Source: a virus (taxonomy: Duplodnaviria; Caudoviricetes). From it: a DNA stretch of 57,446 bases. The notes under the pieces were generated by a model. It did not search any database and had not been told where the DNA came from. It worked only from the letters and a program-made list of their open reading frames with translations. Positions 8,698 to 18,928 of this stretch are shown here, in pieces. Each line of letters starts with the position of its first letter. Position 1 is the first letter of the stretch. Made by a program: the position numbers and the translations under genes. The stretch is taken from positions 1-57,446 of the IMG/VR virus record IMGVR_UViG_3300021108_000002. One strand, written 5' to 3'.

Positions 8698-10317
8698 TTA
8701 GAATGATCCTCCAGTAACTGGATTTCTCATAACAATTTTCAACACCTTGGTTGGGTCTTTAACCCAGATAGCTGGCATTGTCTGTGTCATGAATACACGG
8801 TAACCGTTGAACTGTCCAGAAGACTGGAAGCCTTGGGTACGTCCCATGTAGTCCATTGTACCGTTTTGGTAGAACCACTTCAATTGATTATCCCAAGATA
8901 ACTTCAACAAGAAGATGTTGTCGTTAGTATTCTGTGTGATATCAAAGATAATGAAATTATAAGAACTTAATGGGAAACCATCAATAATAGGGTTCTCAAT
9001 GTCGTTAGTATGAACGTTATCAAACGCTGGGTTCAATACAAACTTAACGTTAGCCAAGAAAGGAATAACGTATTGAGTGTATGCAAAACCAAAGTTTAGA
9101 TCCATACCTTTTCCAGTGATTGCTCCTACTTCAGATGCATTAATCACTAAGCCAGAGTTGATAGCCTCACGCTTAATAGCTTCGTTTACAAGCTTCATAC
9201 CACCAAGGCCAGTTTGTACAACTAATTCACGCTTAGGATCTGGACCTTGAAACTCAACTTTACCATTAAAGAAGTTGAAGATTTCAGACTTGAACAAATC
9301 TAAGTTGAAAGAACCTTTGTTATAAATACGCTTGTAAGAGTTATCCAACTGCTTCCAAAGACCTACAGACAATCTGATGTCATCTGGACCATCTTGCTTA
9401 ACCTTACCACCTTGACCCCACATTAAGTAGGTCTCAATGTCATTAGCAATTTTGCTCAAGTGAGCTGCTTCCATTGCAGTTAAGAATGTACGAGTAAGCT
9501 GTCCTGATTCGTAAGCTTTCTTTACATAATCTTTACCCATTGTAGAAGCCATAGTCTCCAAACTTGAAACTGAAGGATCAACACTCTTGTCGAAGTTTCT
9601 CCACATTTCAATAACTGGAATAGTTCCGTCAGCTTTCATTCCACCTTTCATCATCAAGTCAGCTCTAGAGCTTACAGAATAATGAACGTGAGCTTCAGCA
9701 CCACCTACGTAGTTGTAAAATTCACGGAAACCTGCATTGATGTTACCGATATCAGAGAAACGCTCACCGTATTCACCACGAGCAGATCCTTTACGGAACA
9801 CCTTAGTACCAACTTTAAGATATTTGTTATCCAAATACTTAGCGTTGTCGTTGTTTACCAACTGAACAGTGTAAATGAAACCGTCACCTGCTGGGATAAT
9901 ATCGTCAGCTGTGATGTACATTTCCACACCATTGTACTTGTCATAAGTGATGATATCACCATGACCAAAAGAACGCTTGTTAATTTTAATCTTGAAAGCT
10001 TGACCATCAATACCTTTAGTGGCATTTGCTGATTCAATATCTTCTGTAATGTATGGGAGATCCTGCGTTACTGGAATCTGCCACTTGTACTCACCACGTG
10101 CATTATCTACTGAGATAACGTTCTTACCGCCAAAGCTGGACATTTGGTACAAAGGCATTTCTACTTTTTGTGCCATAGCCCATAAATCTACTGGACCTAA
10201 ATCTGTAGGTTCAGCTGACTTTAGCAAGTTTGAAAGGTGGTAGCTGTCTACGTGCGAGCTAGTCTGGTAGCTGGTATCTCGTAGAAATATACCATTGTTC
10301 AAAACTGGAGTTGCCAT
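8698..10317 (-). CDS. Major capsid protein (crAss-like)
   Basis: 539 aa; follows terminase-portal-scaffold genes; IETYLMWGQGG, GLWKQL, VVQTGLGG and IWVKDPTK motifs typical of crAss-like MCPs. Confidence 0.85.
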   Translation of the reverse strand: MATPVLNNGIFLRDTSYQTSSHVDSYHLSNLLKSAEPTDLGPVDLWAMAQKVEMPLYQMSSFGGKNVISVDNARGEYKWQIPVTQDLPYITEDIESANATKGIDGQAFKIKINKRSFGHGDIITYDKYNGVEMYITADDIIPAGDGFIYTVQLVNNDNAKYLDNKYLKVGTKVFRKGSARGEYGERFSDIGNINAGFREFYNYVGGAEAHVHYSVSSRADLMMKGGMKADGTIPVIEMWRNFDKSVDPSVSSLETMASTMGKDYVKKAYESGQLTRTFLTAMEAAHLSKIANDIETYLMWGQGGKVKQDGPDDIRLSVGLWKQLDNSYKRIYNKGSFNLDLFKSEIFNFFNGKVEFQGPDPKRELVVQTGLGGMKLVNEAIKREAINSGLVINASEVGAITGKGMDLNFGFAYTQYVIPFLANVKFVLNPAFDNVHTNDIENPIIDGFPLSSYNFIIFDITQNTNDNIFLLKLSWDNQLKWFYQNGTMDYMGRTQGFQSSGQFNGYRVFMTQTMPAIWVKDPTKVLKIVMRNPVTGGSF

Positions 10318-10362
10318 GAGGCTTTTAAATTTAAAGGGTTAATAATAAATAGTTTAAGTAAA

Positions 10363-11631
10363 TTAGCGTTTAAATATGTTTGTAGGTCTAGCAATCTTTC
10401 TAGATCTAGTTTCATCTTCTTCCTGATAAGTAGAAACATTCTTACGACTTTGTTCAGTCTTCAATTGTCTCACTGTTTGTTCTACCGCTTGGTTCTTCCC
10501 TTGTTTTACAAGAGTCTGACGGTATTCTTCAGGATTAGATAGTAACCAAAGTGCTTCAGCAATCAATGGGTAGTTAGGTTCTACAAACTGATACTTCTCT
10601 AAAAGATGACCCAACTGGTTAGTTGGTCTTCCACTAATAGAAGGATAGTTTGGTTGAACTAGTCCACTATATAACTGAGCCTGAGTTTTCTTATCCAACT
10701 TAAGTCCGTTGATCTCTGCCGGTCTAAGAGCTTCAAATACACTTTTCATGTAAGTGTCTGCTGCTTGTTCCTGCTGAATCTTTCTGCTTTCTTGTTCAAC
10801 AATCTGAGATTGTACAAACTCTTCTTGCATCTGATCCAACTTTGGCTTAAACTGCTTGGCTTTTTTCTCTAGTACTCCTAGATCTTTCCAAGTAGTTAGT
10901 TCTTCATCAATCTCCTCTTCGTTACCAAATCCGGTGGCTTGTAAATAAGATCTTACAATACCTTCCTGATCGTTCTCTTTAGTAGGGTCAAGCTGACGAA
11001 CTTGCTCAACTTGTGCTAGAGCTTGGAAAAGACCTTTTAAATCTTGTCCTCCATCTGCCACATACTTAGCTGCATATTGCAACTCTTCTGGTAGTGACTC
11101 AAAAAACTCTTGGGGTGTCTTAGCAGCAACTTCTTGTTTTAAGTTATCAATGTTGGCTTGCCATAGCTCCTCAACATCTTTCTCTCCAAGACCACCTAAG
11201 TACTCTTCAAGAGACTGGTTACCCTCATCATAGTCATCAAAAGCAAACATCTCTTTTGACTCTATTCGTTTTTTAAGAAACTCTACTAAGCCAGACTTTT
11301 CTGTCTTAGGTCTTCCACCTTTAGATTTAGATGGTTGATCAGCATCCTGATCATCATTATCATCTACATTCACAAGGTCATTAATAAAGTTTTTAGCTGC
11401 ATCAGGATCTTTTGGCTTTCCATCTGCATTTTCATCTTTATCAGTGTTATCTTCTTCATCTAGAAAGCTTGTATCAAACTTTCCTTGACTAAAGATGTTG
11501 GGTTTTTGGTCTTTTTTATCTTCAGTGCTAGGAGTAACGATGCTGTCTGCACCAGGTGCTCCTAACCAACTGTCAATATCAAGATCCACTTGTTGTACAG
11601 ATGTCTGTACATTGGTTTGAGTATCAGTCAT
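10363..11631 (-). CDS. Acidic scaffold-like protein between portal and MCP
   Basis: 422 aa, very acidic N-terminus, coiled-coil middle, basic C-terminus. Confidence 0.6.
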   Translation of the reverse strand: MTDTQTNVQTSVQQVDLDIDSWLGAPGADSIVTPSTEDKKDQKPNIFSQGKFDTSFLDEEDNTDKDENADGKPKDPDAAKNFINDLVNVDDNDDQDADQPSKSKGGRPKTEKSGLVEFLKKRIESKEMFAFDDYDEGNQSLEEYLGGLGEKDVEELWQANIDNLKQEVAAKTPQEFFESLPEELQYAAKYVADGGQDLKGLFQALAQVEQVRQLDPTKENDQEGIVRSYLQATGFGNEEEIDEELTTWKDLGVLEKKAKQFKPKLDQMQEEFVQSQIVEQESRKIQQEQAADTYMKSVFEALRPAEINGLKLDKKTQAQLYSGLVQPNYPSISGRPTNQLGHLLEKYQFVEPNYPLIAEALWLLSNPEEYRQTLVKQGKNQAVEQTVRQLKTEQSRKNVSTYQEEDETRSRKIARPTNIFKR

Positions 11632-11740
11632 TTTGTTTGGTTTTTTTGTGTATCTCTACATAATTAATATACAACTTAAATCTTAAAAATTTACTTATCC
11701 TGTAATATTTTTATCTAAGGTGTGGATAATAGAGCTATAA

Positions 11741-14491
11741 CTATTTTGTCTTTTTATCAGAAGATTTAGAGACATCATATTTATTTTTATTTTCTTTAGC
11801 AACTTGTAACTGTTTGTCTGCTATTTCTTTTCTAGCTTGTAATGATTCACGCTCAATCTGTAGTTTCTGATTACCCTGTTCTTTCTTAGTCATCTCAGAT
11901 TCACGCTTTAAGTTCATCTGATCTTGATAGCGTTGTTCCTGACGAATACCTTCTAAAGCATCTTGGTAATCTGACACCTGGTTTTGATTAATATCTACAG
12001 TGGCACCATAGCCAGCTGCTCTAATCTCTGCCACTGTAAGCTGTGTTTGTCTATCCATATCAGCTTGTTCAGATCTAAACTGTAGATCCATTGCTTTCTG
12101 CTTCTCTTGAGACTCAATCATCTGCTTCTGCATTTCTTGTTGCTGCTGCATTTCAGATTCTTTCTGAGACTGTACCTTTTGTTCTGCATTCTTAAGAACA
12201 CCAGTAAGTTCTGCAATAGACTCAGACTTAATAACATTACCTAGATCATAAATAGAAGCACCAGTGGTATTATTGTTAATAGCTAGTTGTTTAAGCTGCT
12301 CCATTACAGCACGAGAATTAGTCTTAGTGGTGCAGAATATGTTTAAGTCTCTCATTAACAACTCAGTGCCATTAATCTCAAAGTTTACCTTCTCATCTTT
12401 AGAAGTGATATACTGAAGACGTACACTAGGTTTGTTAGAATGATAATACTGAGCCAAGTCAGTTCTCATTTGGTGAACTCTTGGCATTAGGTTATCAGAG
12501 TGTTGTATGAAATACTGCTCTGTCTGTGCATAAGAAGCAGACATAGCTTGTTCAATACCTGTAGCTGTTTGTTGTGCAATAGCTTGACCCATACGTTGTG
12601 GGTTAAGACCAATCACCTCAAAAGCTTGGTTCTTGAAATAACTTGCTAAGTTTACACGAGAAAGTAAACGGTTAGTTTGTTCTAGGTTCAACACTTGATA
12701 GTGTTGGAAGTTAAGAGCATTCTCAGTGTTTGTAATAGACGTATCTAAAGGCAACATCTGGAAGTTCTTCATAGCCACATAGGCTTTGGCCAGATTATTT
12801 TTACCCCAATCTTCTCCCATGGAGTGACGAGGCAAAGAGTTCTGGTCCAACATAATAACCGTACCAAGCTCATCAACCAAGATGTCTGCTATTTGGTTAT
12901 TTACAATGTTATAGCCTATCTGGTATGGTTTCATAAGATCTACCAATGAAATACTGCGGGTATTACGATCACCGAACACAGAACCTTCCACTGGTAGTTT
13001 ACAGCCATATAATGTTGCATCTCCTTTAAACTGGAACGGAACTCTTCCTGGTTTGCCACCATTCAGTCCCAAATAAATTGGATTGATGCCACCTGGGTTA
13101 TTCATACCCCAAAACGCTGGTCTATTAGGACCAATCTTCACTCCACCCCATGTTTCATTAATCCAAATCCAGTCAATATGTTCACCAAAGATTAAGTTAT
13201 CTTTGGACTTTTGTTTGTATATAGATGTATTATACAAAGGCTTATCTGTCACTTTATATTCTTCAGTGATGATATCCTGTATAATTTCTCCTTCTTCTGT
13301 AATTTTAGTTAAGTGACCTATCTTACGTTGGCTCTTCCAATAAATAGTAGAAACACGTAATAAATGAGTCTTACCAAAATCCACAGTGTCTTCTGAGTCT
13401 GATAAGATCCATTCTACAATATCTCCTGTACCAAACTTAGTGTCGTATAAAGAAGTATATTGTCTATACCCCAATGATGGCATTTCTGTATTCCAATCAT
13501 GAGATTTAGTAGGATCATAATAAGTACCGTCATTCTGGTAACCCTGTACAGCATAGCCTGCTGAACGGACCGGATAGATGGCTTCTAAGGACTCCATTTG
13601 TTCCTCGTTCATCATCCATCCATACTTGTCAATAACGTCCGATACGGACATCATATCCATCTTACCGACCCAATTACCTTGGGAGATGTATCTAACATCT
13701 GGAGACTTATGATAAAAAGTTAAAAGTGGGTTCCAAAGTTCTAGTTCATAGTCATCTTCATTCATTTTAAAATGCCAGAACTCTCTATCTGTAATAAGCA
13801 TGTCTTTAAATCCACGCTCTTCTAATTCTTGTAGTTTAAATCTTTCCTCGTCTACAGACATCTGATGACTAGCCCATTGCTCAATCATAGACTTGTAGTC
13901 TTTACGGAAGAATCCTTCAATCTCAGGAAGTTGTTGTAAGCTTTCTGGAGCTAATGCTTTCTGCATTTCTTCAGAGTCAAGCTCAATACCCATAGCCATC
14001 ATCTCCATCATCATCTTCCTTTCAGCATCTTCAAGCAAGACTTTCTCCACCATACCACGCTTTTCTTCCATCATCTCGTTATGAGAGATGTCATCCATAG
14101 CTTTAAACATAATACGTGAGCTTCTTTTGGAAAACTCATTACATAATACGTTAATTACGTTAGGAATAATAGGATAAAACTTAAGTTCTAAAGCAGATTC
14201 ATCTTCTTTTGTAAGTGTGTCAATAAGATCTGCCATCTCATTATCCTCTTCTACAATATAATCAGCTTTGTCAATAATACCTTTAGCAAGCTTGTAGTTC
14301 TTCATCAGCCTACGAGCATTACGTCTAAGCTGTTTCATTCCTTGAAACTCTAGCCAATCTAGGTTCCAAGATCTCCACTCTTCGTCTTTTTCCTTTTCAG
14401 ATATAAACTGGACAGGCTGGGTAAGTGTACCCATTTTATTATAATCCGCCTTTTTCCCAGATTTAAGATCTAGAGCATTGTATATCTGCAT
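11741..14491 (-). CDS. Portal protein
   Basis: 916 aa; YPIIPNVINVLCNE, SLVDLMKPYQIGYNIV and GLNPQRMG motifs; Gln-rich C-terminal barrel; follows terminase. Confidence 0.88.
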   Translation of the reverse strand: MQIYNALDLKSGKKADYNKMGTLTQPVQFISEKEKDEEWRSWNLDWLEFQGMKQLRRNARRLMKNYKLAKGIIDKADYIVEEDNEMADLIDTLTKEDESALELKFYPIIPNVINVLCNEFSKRSSRIMFKAMDDISHNEMMEEKRGMVEKVLLEDAERKMMMEMMAMGIELDSEEMQKALAPESLQQLPEIEGFFRKDYKSMIEQWASHQMSVDEERFKLQELEERGFKDMLITDREFWHFKMNEDDYELELWNPLLTFYHKSPDVRYISQGNWVGKMDMMSVSDVIDKYGWMMNEEQMESLEAIYPVRSAGYAVQGYQNDGTYYDPTKSHDWNTEMPSLGYRQYTSLYDTKFGTGDIVEWILSDSEDTVDFGKTHLLRVSTIYWKSQRKIGHLTKITEEGEIIQDIITEEYKVTDKPLYNTSIYKQKSKDNLIFGEHIDWIWINETWGGVKIGPNRPAFWGMNNPGGINPIYLGLNGGKPGRVPFQFKGDATLYGCKLPVEGSVFGDRNTRSISLVDLMKPYQIGYNIVNNQIADILVDELGTVIMLDQNSLPRHSMGEDWGKNNLAKAYVAMKNFQMLPLDTSITNTENALNFQHYQVLNLEQTNRLLSRVNLASYFKNQAFEVIGLNPQRMGQAIAQQTATGIEQAMSASYAQTEQYFIQHSDNLMPRVHQMRTDLAQYYHSNKPSVRLQYITSKDEKVNFEINGTELLMRDLNIFCTTKTNSRAVMEQLKQLAINNNTTGASIYDLGNVIKSESIAELTGVLKNAEQKVQSQKESEMQQQQEMQKQMIESQEKQKAMDLQFRSEQADMDRQTQLTVAEIRAAGYGATVDINQNQVSDYQDALEGIRQEQRYQDQMNLKRESEMTKKEQGNQKLQIERESLQARKEIADKQLQVAKENKNKYDVSKSSDKKTK

Positions 14492-14496
14492 GATAG

Positions 14497-14778
14497 TTAA
14501 GTATTTAAGTCTGCTGAATTATCTACAGCTGTATTAATAAAAGATGTGCCAGTTGTAGAGATAAACGAAGGATAGTTAATACCTCTAGTAATTGAACTAC
14601 CTGTATTAGGAAAAATAGCCGTACCACTACTAGTTAAGTATTGTACTGGTTTATCCATCGGTTGTTTTGGCTCTTCATCCTTTAAAAGAAGCAAAGCTTC
14701 CTCAAGGCTTAGGTAGTTTTCTTTAATTAATCTAGAAAGAATAGTTACTTTTTGAGCATGAAGTTCTTGATTTTCCAT
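14497..14778 (-). CDS. Hypothetical protein
   Basis: 93 aa filling the gap between terminase and portal. Confidence 0.6.
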   Translation of the reverse strand: MENQELHAQKVTILSRLIKENYLSLEEALLLLKDEEPKQPMDKPVQYLTSSGTAIFPNTGSSITRGINYPSFISTTGTSFINTAVDNSADLNT

Positions 14779-14780
14779 AA

Positions 14781-16973
14781 TTATCTCATATTTTTAAAGG
14801 GATTACGTGGGCTTTTTGAATTAACTCCATTACCTTTAGAGCCACCTATATGTCTAAAGGGGCTCCAATTTAATTTACTAAATTTCTGGGAGTTATCCAA
14901 GTTTTCTTTTGTAACTTCTACACGTTTAGTCAGTCCTCTGTTACTCTGTTGCACCTTTGCAAACGCTATAAGAGCACAAAAAGCTACTAATCTATCTACG
15001 TTTAGACCATCTCTGTATGCTTGCATCTCTTTTAGAAGCATAATATCAGGAATACGTTCAACACCATATATTGTCTTTACAATGTCACCATTTTCTTTAG
15101 TCTCATAGTCTAGCTCTTCTTTTGTAAACTCTATACCATAAGATAGTACATTTCCTTTGAATAATGTACCTACGTTTTTCCAACCATATTCTTGGAATAC
15201 ATTTCTATTGGCACCAATATCTTTTAAAAATAAGATCATATCTTTTGGAACTAAGTACTTCTGCTTTCTTTTTGAAATCATGTACTGAATAAACAAAGCT
15301 ACGTTATTTTCTACAATAGTCCAGGCATTATACCATTCTATAAGAAGCTCAAGTCTTTCATGAGTTTTGTTAAGATCATCAAAACGTCCACACCATGATG
15401 CTACAATCATGTCACGTTCTATCTCGTTCTTTACAGATCCGTTACCATCATCCTTTATAACCTCCACTGGATTCTTATATACATATATAGAACATAGTGA
15501 ATCAGATGTAGTGGTCTTTCCTTCACTAACAGGGTCTACAGAAGCATAGTACATCCCAAATGTAGGATCTTTATGAGGTCTTTCGTAAATACACAATACT
15601 CCTTCTTTATCTTCTGTCTTCTTAGACACAGGAAAGTCCATGATAGGAATCTTTCTGGAAGGTTTGTCTACAATCTTACCCTCAGCATTACGAGATAGTT
15701 CTAAATATTCAGTGGGATATTCTTTATCTTGTATACGTTGCATTTGTTTAGCAACTAAGTGTGGAGGAAACACGCTCACCTTACGTGTTGCAAATGCTTC
15801 TTCTATACAACGAGGTTGCTGAGATACTGTCAACTGATAAGCTGCCGGATCTAAATCCTTTTTCATCTTATCAAACTCTTTTTCTAATGCTTCTAAAGCT
15901 TCTTCCACTTTAGAGTTACCCCATTGATCTATGTATGGAGGCATAGACCATTGTTCAGGAATAAACAAACCTGTTTTTCCTATTGTACCATCTTTATCAA
16001 TGAGATTAGACTCTACAGCATAAAATCCATTTTCTTCTGGATGCATGATGTATTCTTTCATAGGCTCGCACTGGTCTAAATCACCGACAGATCCAGCTGC
16101 AATAAACTGGCCCGTAATCATGTGACCAGACTTCAATGCTGGTTTCATAAACCCGTAAGTATCGTCCATCTTTGGAGCAATACCGGCTTCCTCATGAAAG
16201 AAATAGGTGACAGGTCCACCGACACCGTGTGTCGGGTCTTTCTCAAAGGAGTATAAGTTGATCGTGGATTTCAAACCTCTATAAGTGTCACGACCACCCA
16301 TTCTCACTTTAATCTGTTGCTGCCAAGCTCCCACCTTGTCTGGCTCTGCTGGTCTATACCATGCAGTGTGTTCATTTAAGAAGTTCTTGTATTCACCAAG
16401 AAACTTCCATGAACCTTTCTCATTAATGTAATCCTTTAGACTAGCTCCTATCTTTAATACAGCTCCTTCTTCAAACCAATACTGGTTGATTAGTTTAGCC
16501 ATATGAAAATATGAGGATGCTATCTGACGCTTCTTTAGAATGATAGCATGCTTATAATGTAATTCAGCTAAATGCTCATATAGAGCCATGTGATACTGTG
16601 CATCTCTCACCTTAGCAAAGTCAAACCTCTTTTCTTCTTTATCATAGATAGGAAGAAAGTTTAACCACATGTAATAGTCTCTACTTATAAACCAAGAGGT
16701 GCCAGCATCTTTAATAATTACACCGTTACGACATTTATTCTTTTGATCATTCCAGTATGTAATAAAGTCTTTACTCTTTATTGGTGCTGCACAGTAGTAT
16801 CCTTGTTTTTGAAACTTACGTCCTTCTTCATTAAAAATCTTACTAGTTTCATTAAAATTATACTTACCCGGCTCTTTAAACATAGATAAAAGAAAGTCCC
16901 TAAACTCTTCCATTGTATAGAATGTAGTTACATCCCATACGCCATTCTCGTATGTAGGTATTTCTTTAAACAT
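14781..16973 (-). CDS. terL: Terminase large subunit
   Basis: 730 aa; LKKRQIASSY Walker A variant, FFHEEAG Walker B, YYASVDPV RNase H-like nuclease, C-terminal NVDRL. Confidence 0.9.
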   Translation of the reverse strand: MFKEIPTYENGVWDVTTFYTMEEFRDFLLSMFKEPGKYNFNETSKIFNEEGRKFQKQGYYCAAPIKSKDFITYWNDQKNKCRNGVIIKDAGTSWFISRDYYMWLNFLPIYDKEEKRFDFAKVRDAQYHMALYEHLAELHYKHAIILKKRQIASSYFHMAKLINQYWFEEGAVLKIGASLKDYINEKGSWKFLGEYKNFLNEHTAWYRPAEPDKVGAWQQQIKVRMGGRDTYRGLKSTINLYSFEKDPTHGVGGPVTYFFHEEAGIAPKMDDTYGFMKPALKSGHMITGQFIAAGSVGDLDQCEPMKEYIMHPEENGFYAVESNLIDKDGTIGKTGLFIPEQWSMPPYIDQWGNSKVEEALEALEKEFDKMKKDLDPAAYQLTVSQQPRCIEEAFATRKVSVFPPHLVAKQMQRIQDKEYPTEYLELSRNAEGKIVDKPSRKIPIMDFPVSKKTEDKEGVLCIYERPHKDPTFGMYYASVDPVSEGKTTTSDSLCSIYVYKNPVEVIKDDGNGSVKNEIERDMIVASWCGRFDDLNKTHERLELLIEWYNAWTIVENNVALFIQYMISKRKQKYLVPKDMILFLKDIGANRNVFQEYGWKNVGTLFKGNVLSYGIEFTKEELDYETKENGDIVKTIYGVERIPDIMLLKEMQAYRDGLNVDRLVAFCALIAFAKVQQSNRGLTKRVEVTKENLDNSQKFSKLNWSPFRHIGGSKGNGVNSKSPRNPFKNMR

Positions 16974-17257
16974 TATTTAGTATTAACAACAGTGGTTATA
17001 TTACGAATCTCATTTACATCACCTTTAGACTTATGTAATAAGTGCAAAAGAGTGTTAAAATCTTTACTACGTAATACGCCATCCAGTTCACAATTGTCCC
17101 AATACTTGGTATACAAATCTCTCGGAATAGCATTCCATAGTTTATTGTAAGGATTAAAATGAAAAACCCAATCATGCATAAAACCATCAGTATCTGATAG
17201 AGGGGTAATTGCTGCAAACTCTTTAATTTCATAATCTGTGTAAACGTCTTGTGCCAT
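16973..17257 (-). CDS. Hypothetical protein (likely start 17257, MAQDVY)
   Basis: 94 aa, WVFHFNPY motif; the upstream ATG in the track lies inside an RNA hairpin. Confidence 0.6.
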   Translation of the reverse strand: MAQDVYTDYEIKEFAAITPLSDTDGFMHDWVFHFNPYNKLWNAIPRDLYTKYWDNCELDGVLRSKDFNTLLHLLHKSKGDVNEIRNITTVVNTK

Positions 17258-17279
17258 AGTTTTATAGTTTAATATTTTT

Positions 17280-17384
17280 AGGAAAGCAGAAGATGGGTGC
17301 GTGGACATCTGCTTTTACGACTGGCATTTCTAACCTCTAGGTATCCGCCCTTTCTACAGTTAAAGGATACATTCCAGTCAACCT
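17280..17384 (-). ncRNA. Structured RNA 3' of tRNA-like element
   Basis: Helices GACTGG/CCAGTC, GTATCC/GGATAC and AAAGCAGA/TCTGCTTT. Confidence 0.4.
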
Positions 17385-17390
17385 AATATG

Positions 17391-17560
17391 CTGTAGAGGG
17401 TGGACTCGAACCACCAAGGTGAGATTCAATTGATGACAGTACGCTTGCAAGCTGGTGGTCTACCCCATATCATCAATCTATTTCTTTGTCACCGCCCACG
17501 AGACAGGTGGGTGCGTATGCCAGGGTCATAACTGAGACAACCCAATTTCGCCACTCTACA
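17391..17560 (-). ncRNA. Expanded tRNA-like RNA (GTC/Asp anticodon, large D-loop and variable-arm insertions)
   Basis: Acceptor TGTAGAG/CTCTACA, D-arm GCG..CGC, anticodon arm CCCAC-CTGTCTC-GTGGG, T-arm GGTGG-TTCGAGT-CCACC; 170 nt; no encoded CCA. Confidence 0.7.
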
Positions 17561-17565
17561 ATGTT

Positions 17566-18078
17566 CTATTGATCATAAGCTAGATTCTGTCCTCCTCTAA
17601 CTTGTGATTGTTGTTCTTCTAACAAATCTCTATACACTCCTTTAAAGCTTTGTCTAACAGCATCAAATCTTTCTGCTATTCTAAGAATAGCTGTAGCAGA
17701 TCCATCTCTACCAGATGTCACTTTTTCTGTAGCCATAAACCCAGCCATATTATCTAGTGCAATCTTAATACCCTGGTATGCTCTATAGGTGGGGGTCTCA
17801 TACATTTTCTTACACATCTTTAACCCATTCACTATAAGATCATCTTCTGTAGAAAAATCCCCGTCTACTTCTGATATAATGATTTCTTCTTTGTCCATTT
17901 CCGGTACATCAAAAAAAGGATTTAAATCTGGATTAGGACATGTCATATAGAACAAATATGTAAACACCTTTACAGATTCATCACCATACTCATCCATTAT
18001 ATCTTTTAAAAACTTTAATGTGTAACAATGCTCACTTGGAACCACCTTACCATTTTGTATATCAAATAATCTTATCAT
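17566..18078 (-). CDS. Hypothetical protein (possible terminase small subunit)
   Basis: 170 aa upstream of terL, helical, C-terminal VRGG; function inferred from position only. Confidence 0.4.
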   Translation of the reverse strand: MIRLFDIQNGKVVPSEHCYTLKFLKDIMDEYGDESVKVFTYLFYMTCPNPDLNPFFDVPEMDKEEIIISEVDGDFSTEDDLIVNGLKMCKKMYETPTYRAYQGIKIALDNMAGFMATEKVTSGRDGSATAILRIAERFDAVRQSFKGVYRDLLEEQQSQVRGGQNLAYDQ

Positions 18079-18917
18079 TAATGTTTTTGTTTTAAATTGT
18101 CTCTATTATCTTCTAACCAATGTAGTAAAGATATAACTTCTGCTTTCAAATATGGTAGATCATACTGAATAATATCTTTAACTATAGGATCACCATTTGT
18201 ATCAAGAGCGGTGATGGGATTACCAAACTTATCTTTACCCACTTCTTCAAATAGAATATGATGTATAGTTAGTATTCCTGGCTTTAGTTTTGGATTATGT
18301 TTCAGTATAATATACATATACAAACTTAATTGTAATGCATAGTGGTTTACATTACAATCATCAAGATGACTAACAGGAGAGTTCATCTTAGTTGTAACAC
18401 CCTCCCAGTTAGTGAATCCTTCTGTCTTAATTTCTTTGTTAGTCTTATAGTCTGTAATATGAACTTCTCCACTAATCACCTCAACAAGATCTGACTGACC
18501 ACATAATCCGGCAGATTTTAGGTAAACCATGTGCTCAGGATATACACCATCTGTGAGCTTCTGGTTTGGAGAAACTTTAATACCGTCAGTCTCAATCGGC
18601 CTAAAAATAGGAACAGTGTTACCATGTCTTTCTATTGTTTCTAATGAACATATATCTGATTCTCTGCAATTGTGATACCATGTACCTAATGTTGTAGCAC
18701 GTAATGCTTCATTAGACCATGCAAGTTTTATTTCTTCTGGCGTCATACCATACCATTTAGACTTCTTAGACTTAGATGTTTTTAGAGCAATCTTATCTGC
18801 GTCAAATGGTTGTTTAAAGTTACCAATAAACGATGTTACAGATACCCATTTGATATCTTCTTGTTTATCTATACTTGTATACTTGTGGTCATGTGGTGTG
18901 AATGTTATAATGCTCAT
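18078..18917 (-). CDS. PD-(D/E)XK exonuclease
   Basis: SVTSFI, LGTWYH, GQSDLV, ITDYKT and YALQLSLY motifs. Confidence 0.8.
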   Translation of the reverse strand: MSIITFTPHDHKYTSIDKQEDIKWVSVTSFIGNFKQPFDADKIALKTSKSKKSKWYGMTPEEIKLAWSNEALRATTLGTWYHNCRESDICSLETIERHGNTVPIFRPIETDGIKVSPNQKLTDGVYPEHMVYLKSAGLCGQSDLVEVISGEVHITDYKTNKEIKTEGFTNWEGVTTKMNSPVSHLDDCNVNHYALQLSLYMYIILKHNPKLKPGILTIHHILFEEVGKDKFGNPITALDTNGDPIVKDIIQYDLPYLKAEVISLLHWLEDNRDNLKQKH

Positions 18918-18928
18918 ATGTTTGTTGT

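Noticed and set aside
11719-11746. dif (XerCD) site
   Set aside because: Left arm resembles a XerC site but the right arm lacks TTATGTTAAAT, and no tyrosine recombinase is in the window.
14781-16973. Introns or inteins in terminase (also checked MCP, portal, primase, PolB)
   Set aside because: Frames are continuous and of expected size, with no intein or homing-endonuclease motifs noticed.
17280-17390. HDV-like theta ribozyme after the tRNA-like element (TCCACGC resembles an L3 loop)
   Set aside because: Could not build P1/P3 nested pseudoknot or J4/2 catalytic C; kept only as an unknown structured RNA.
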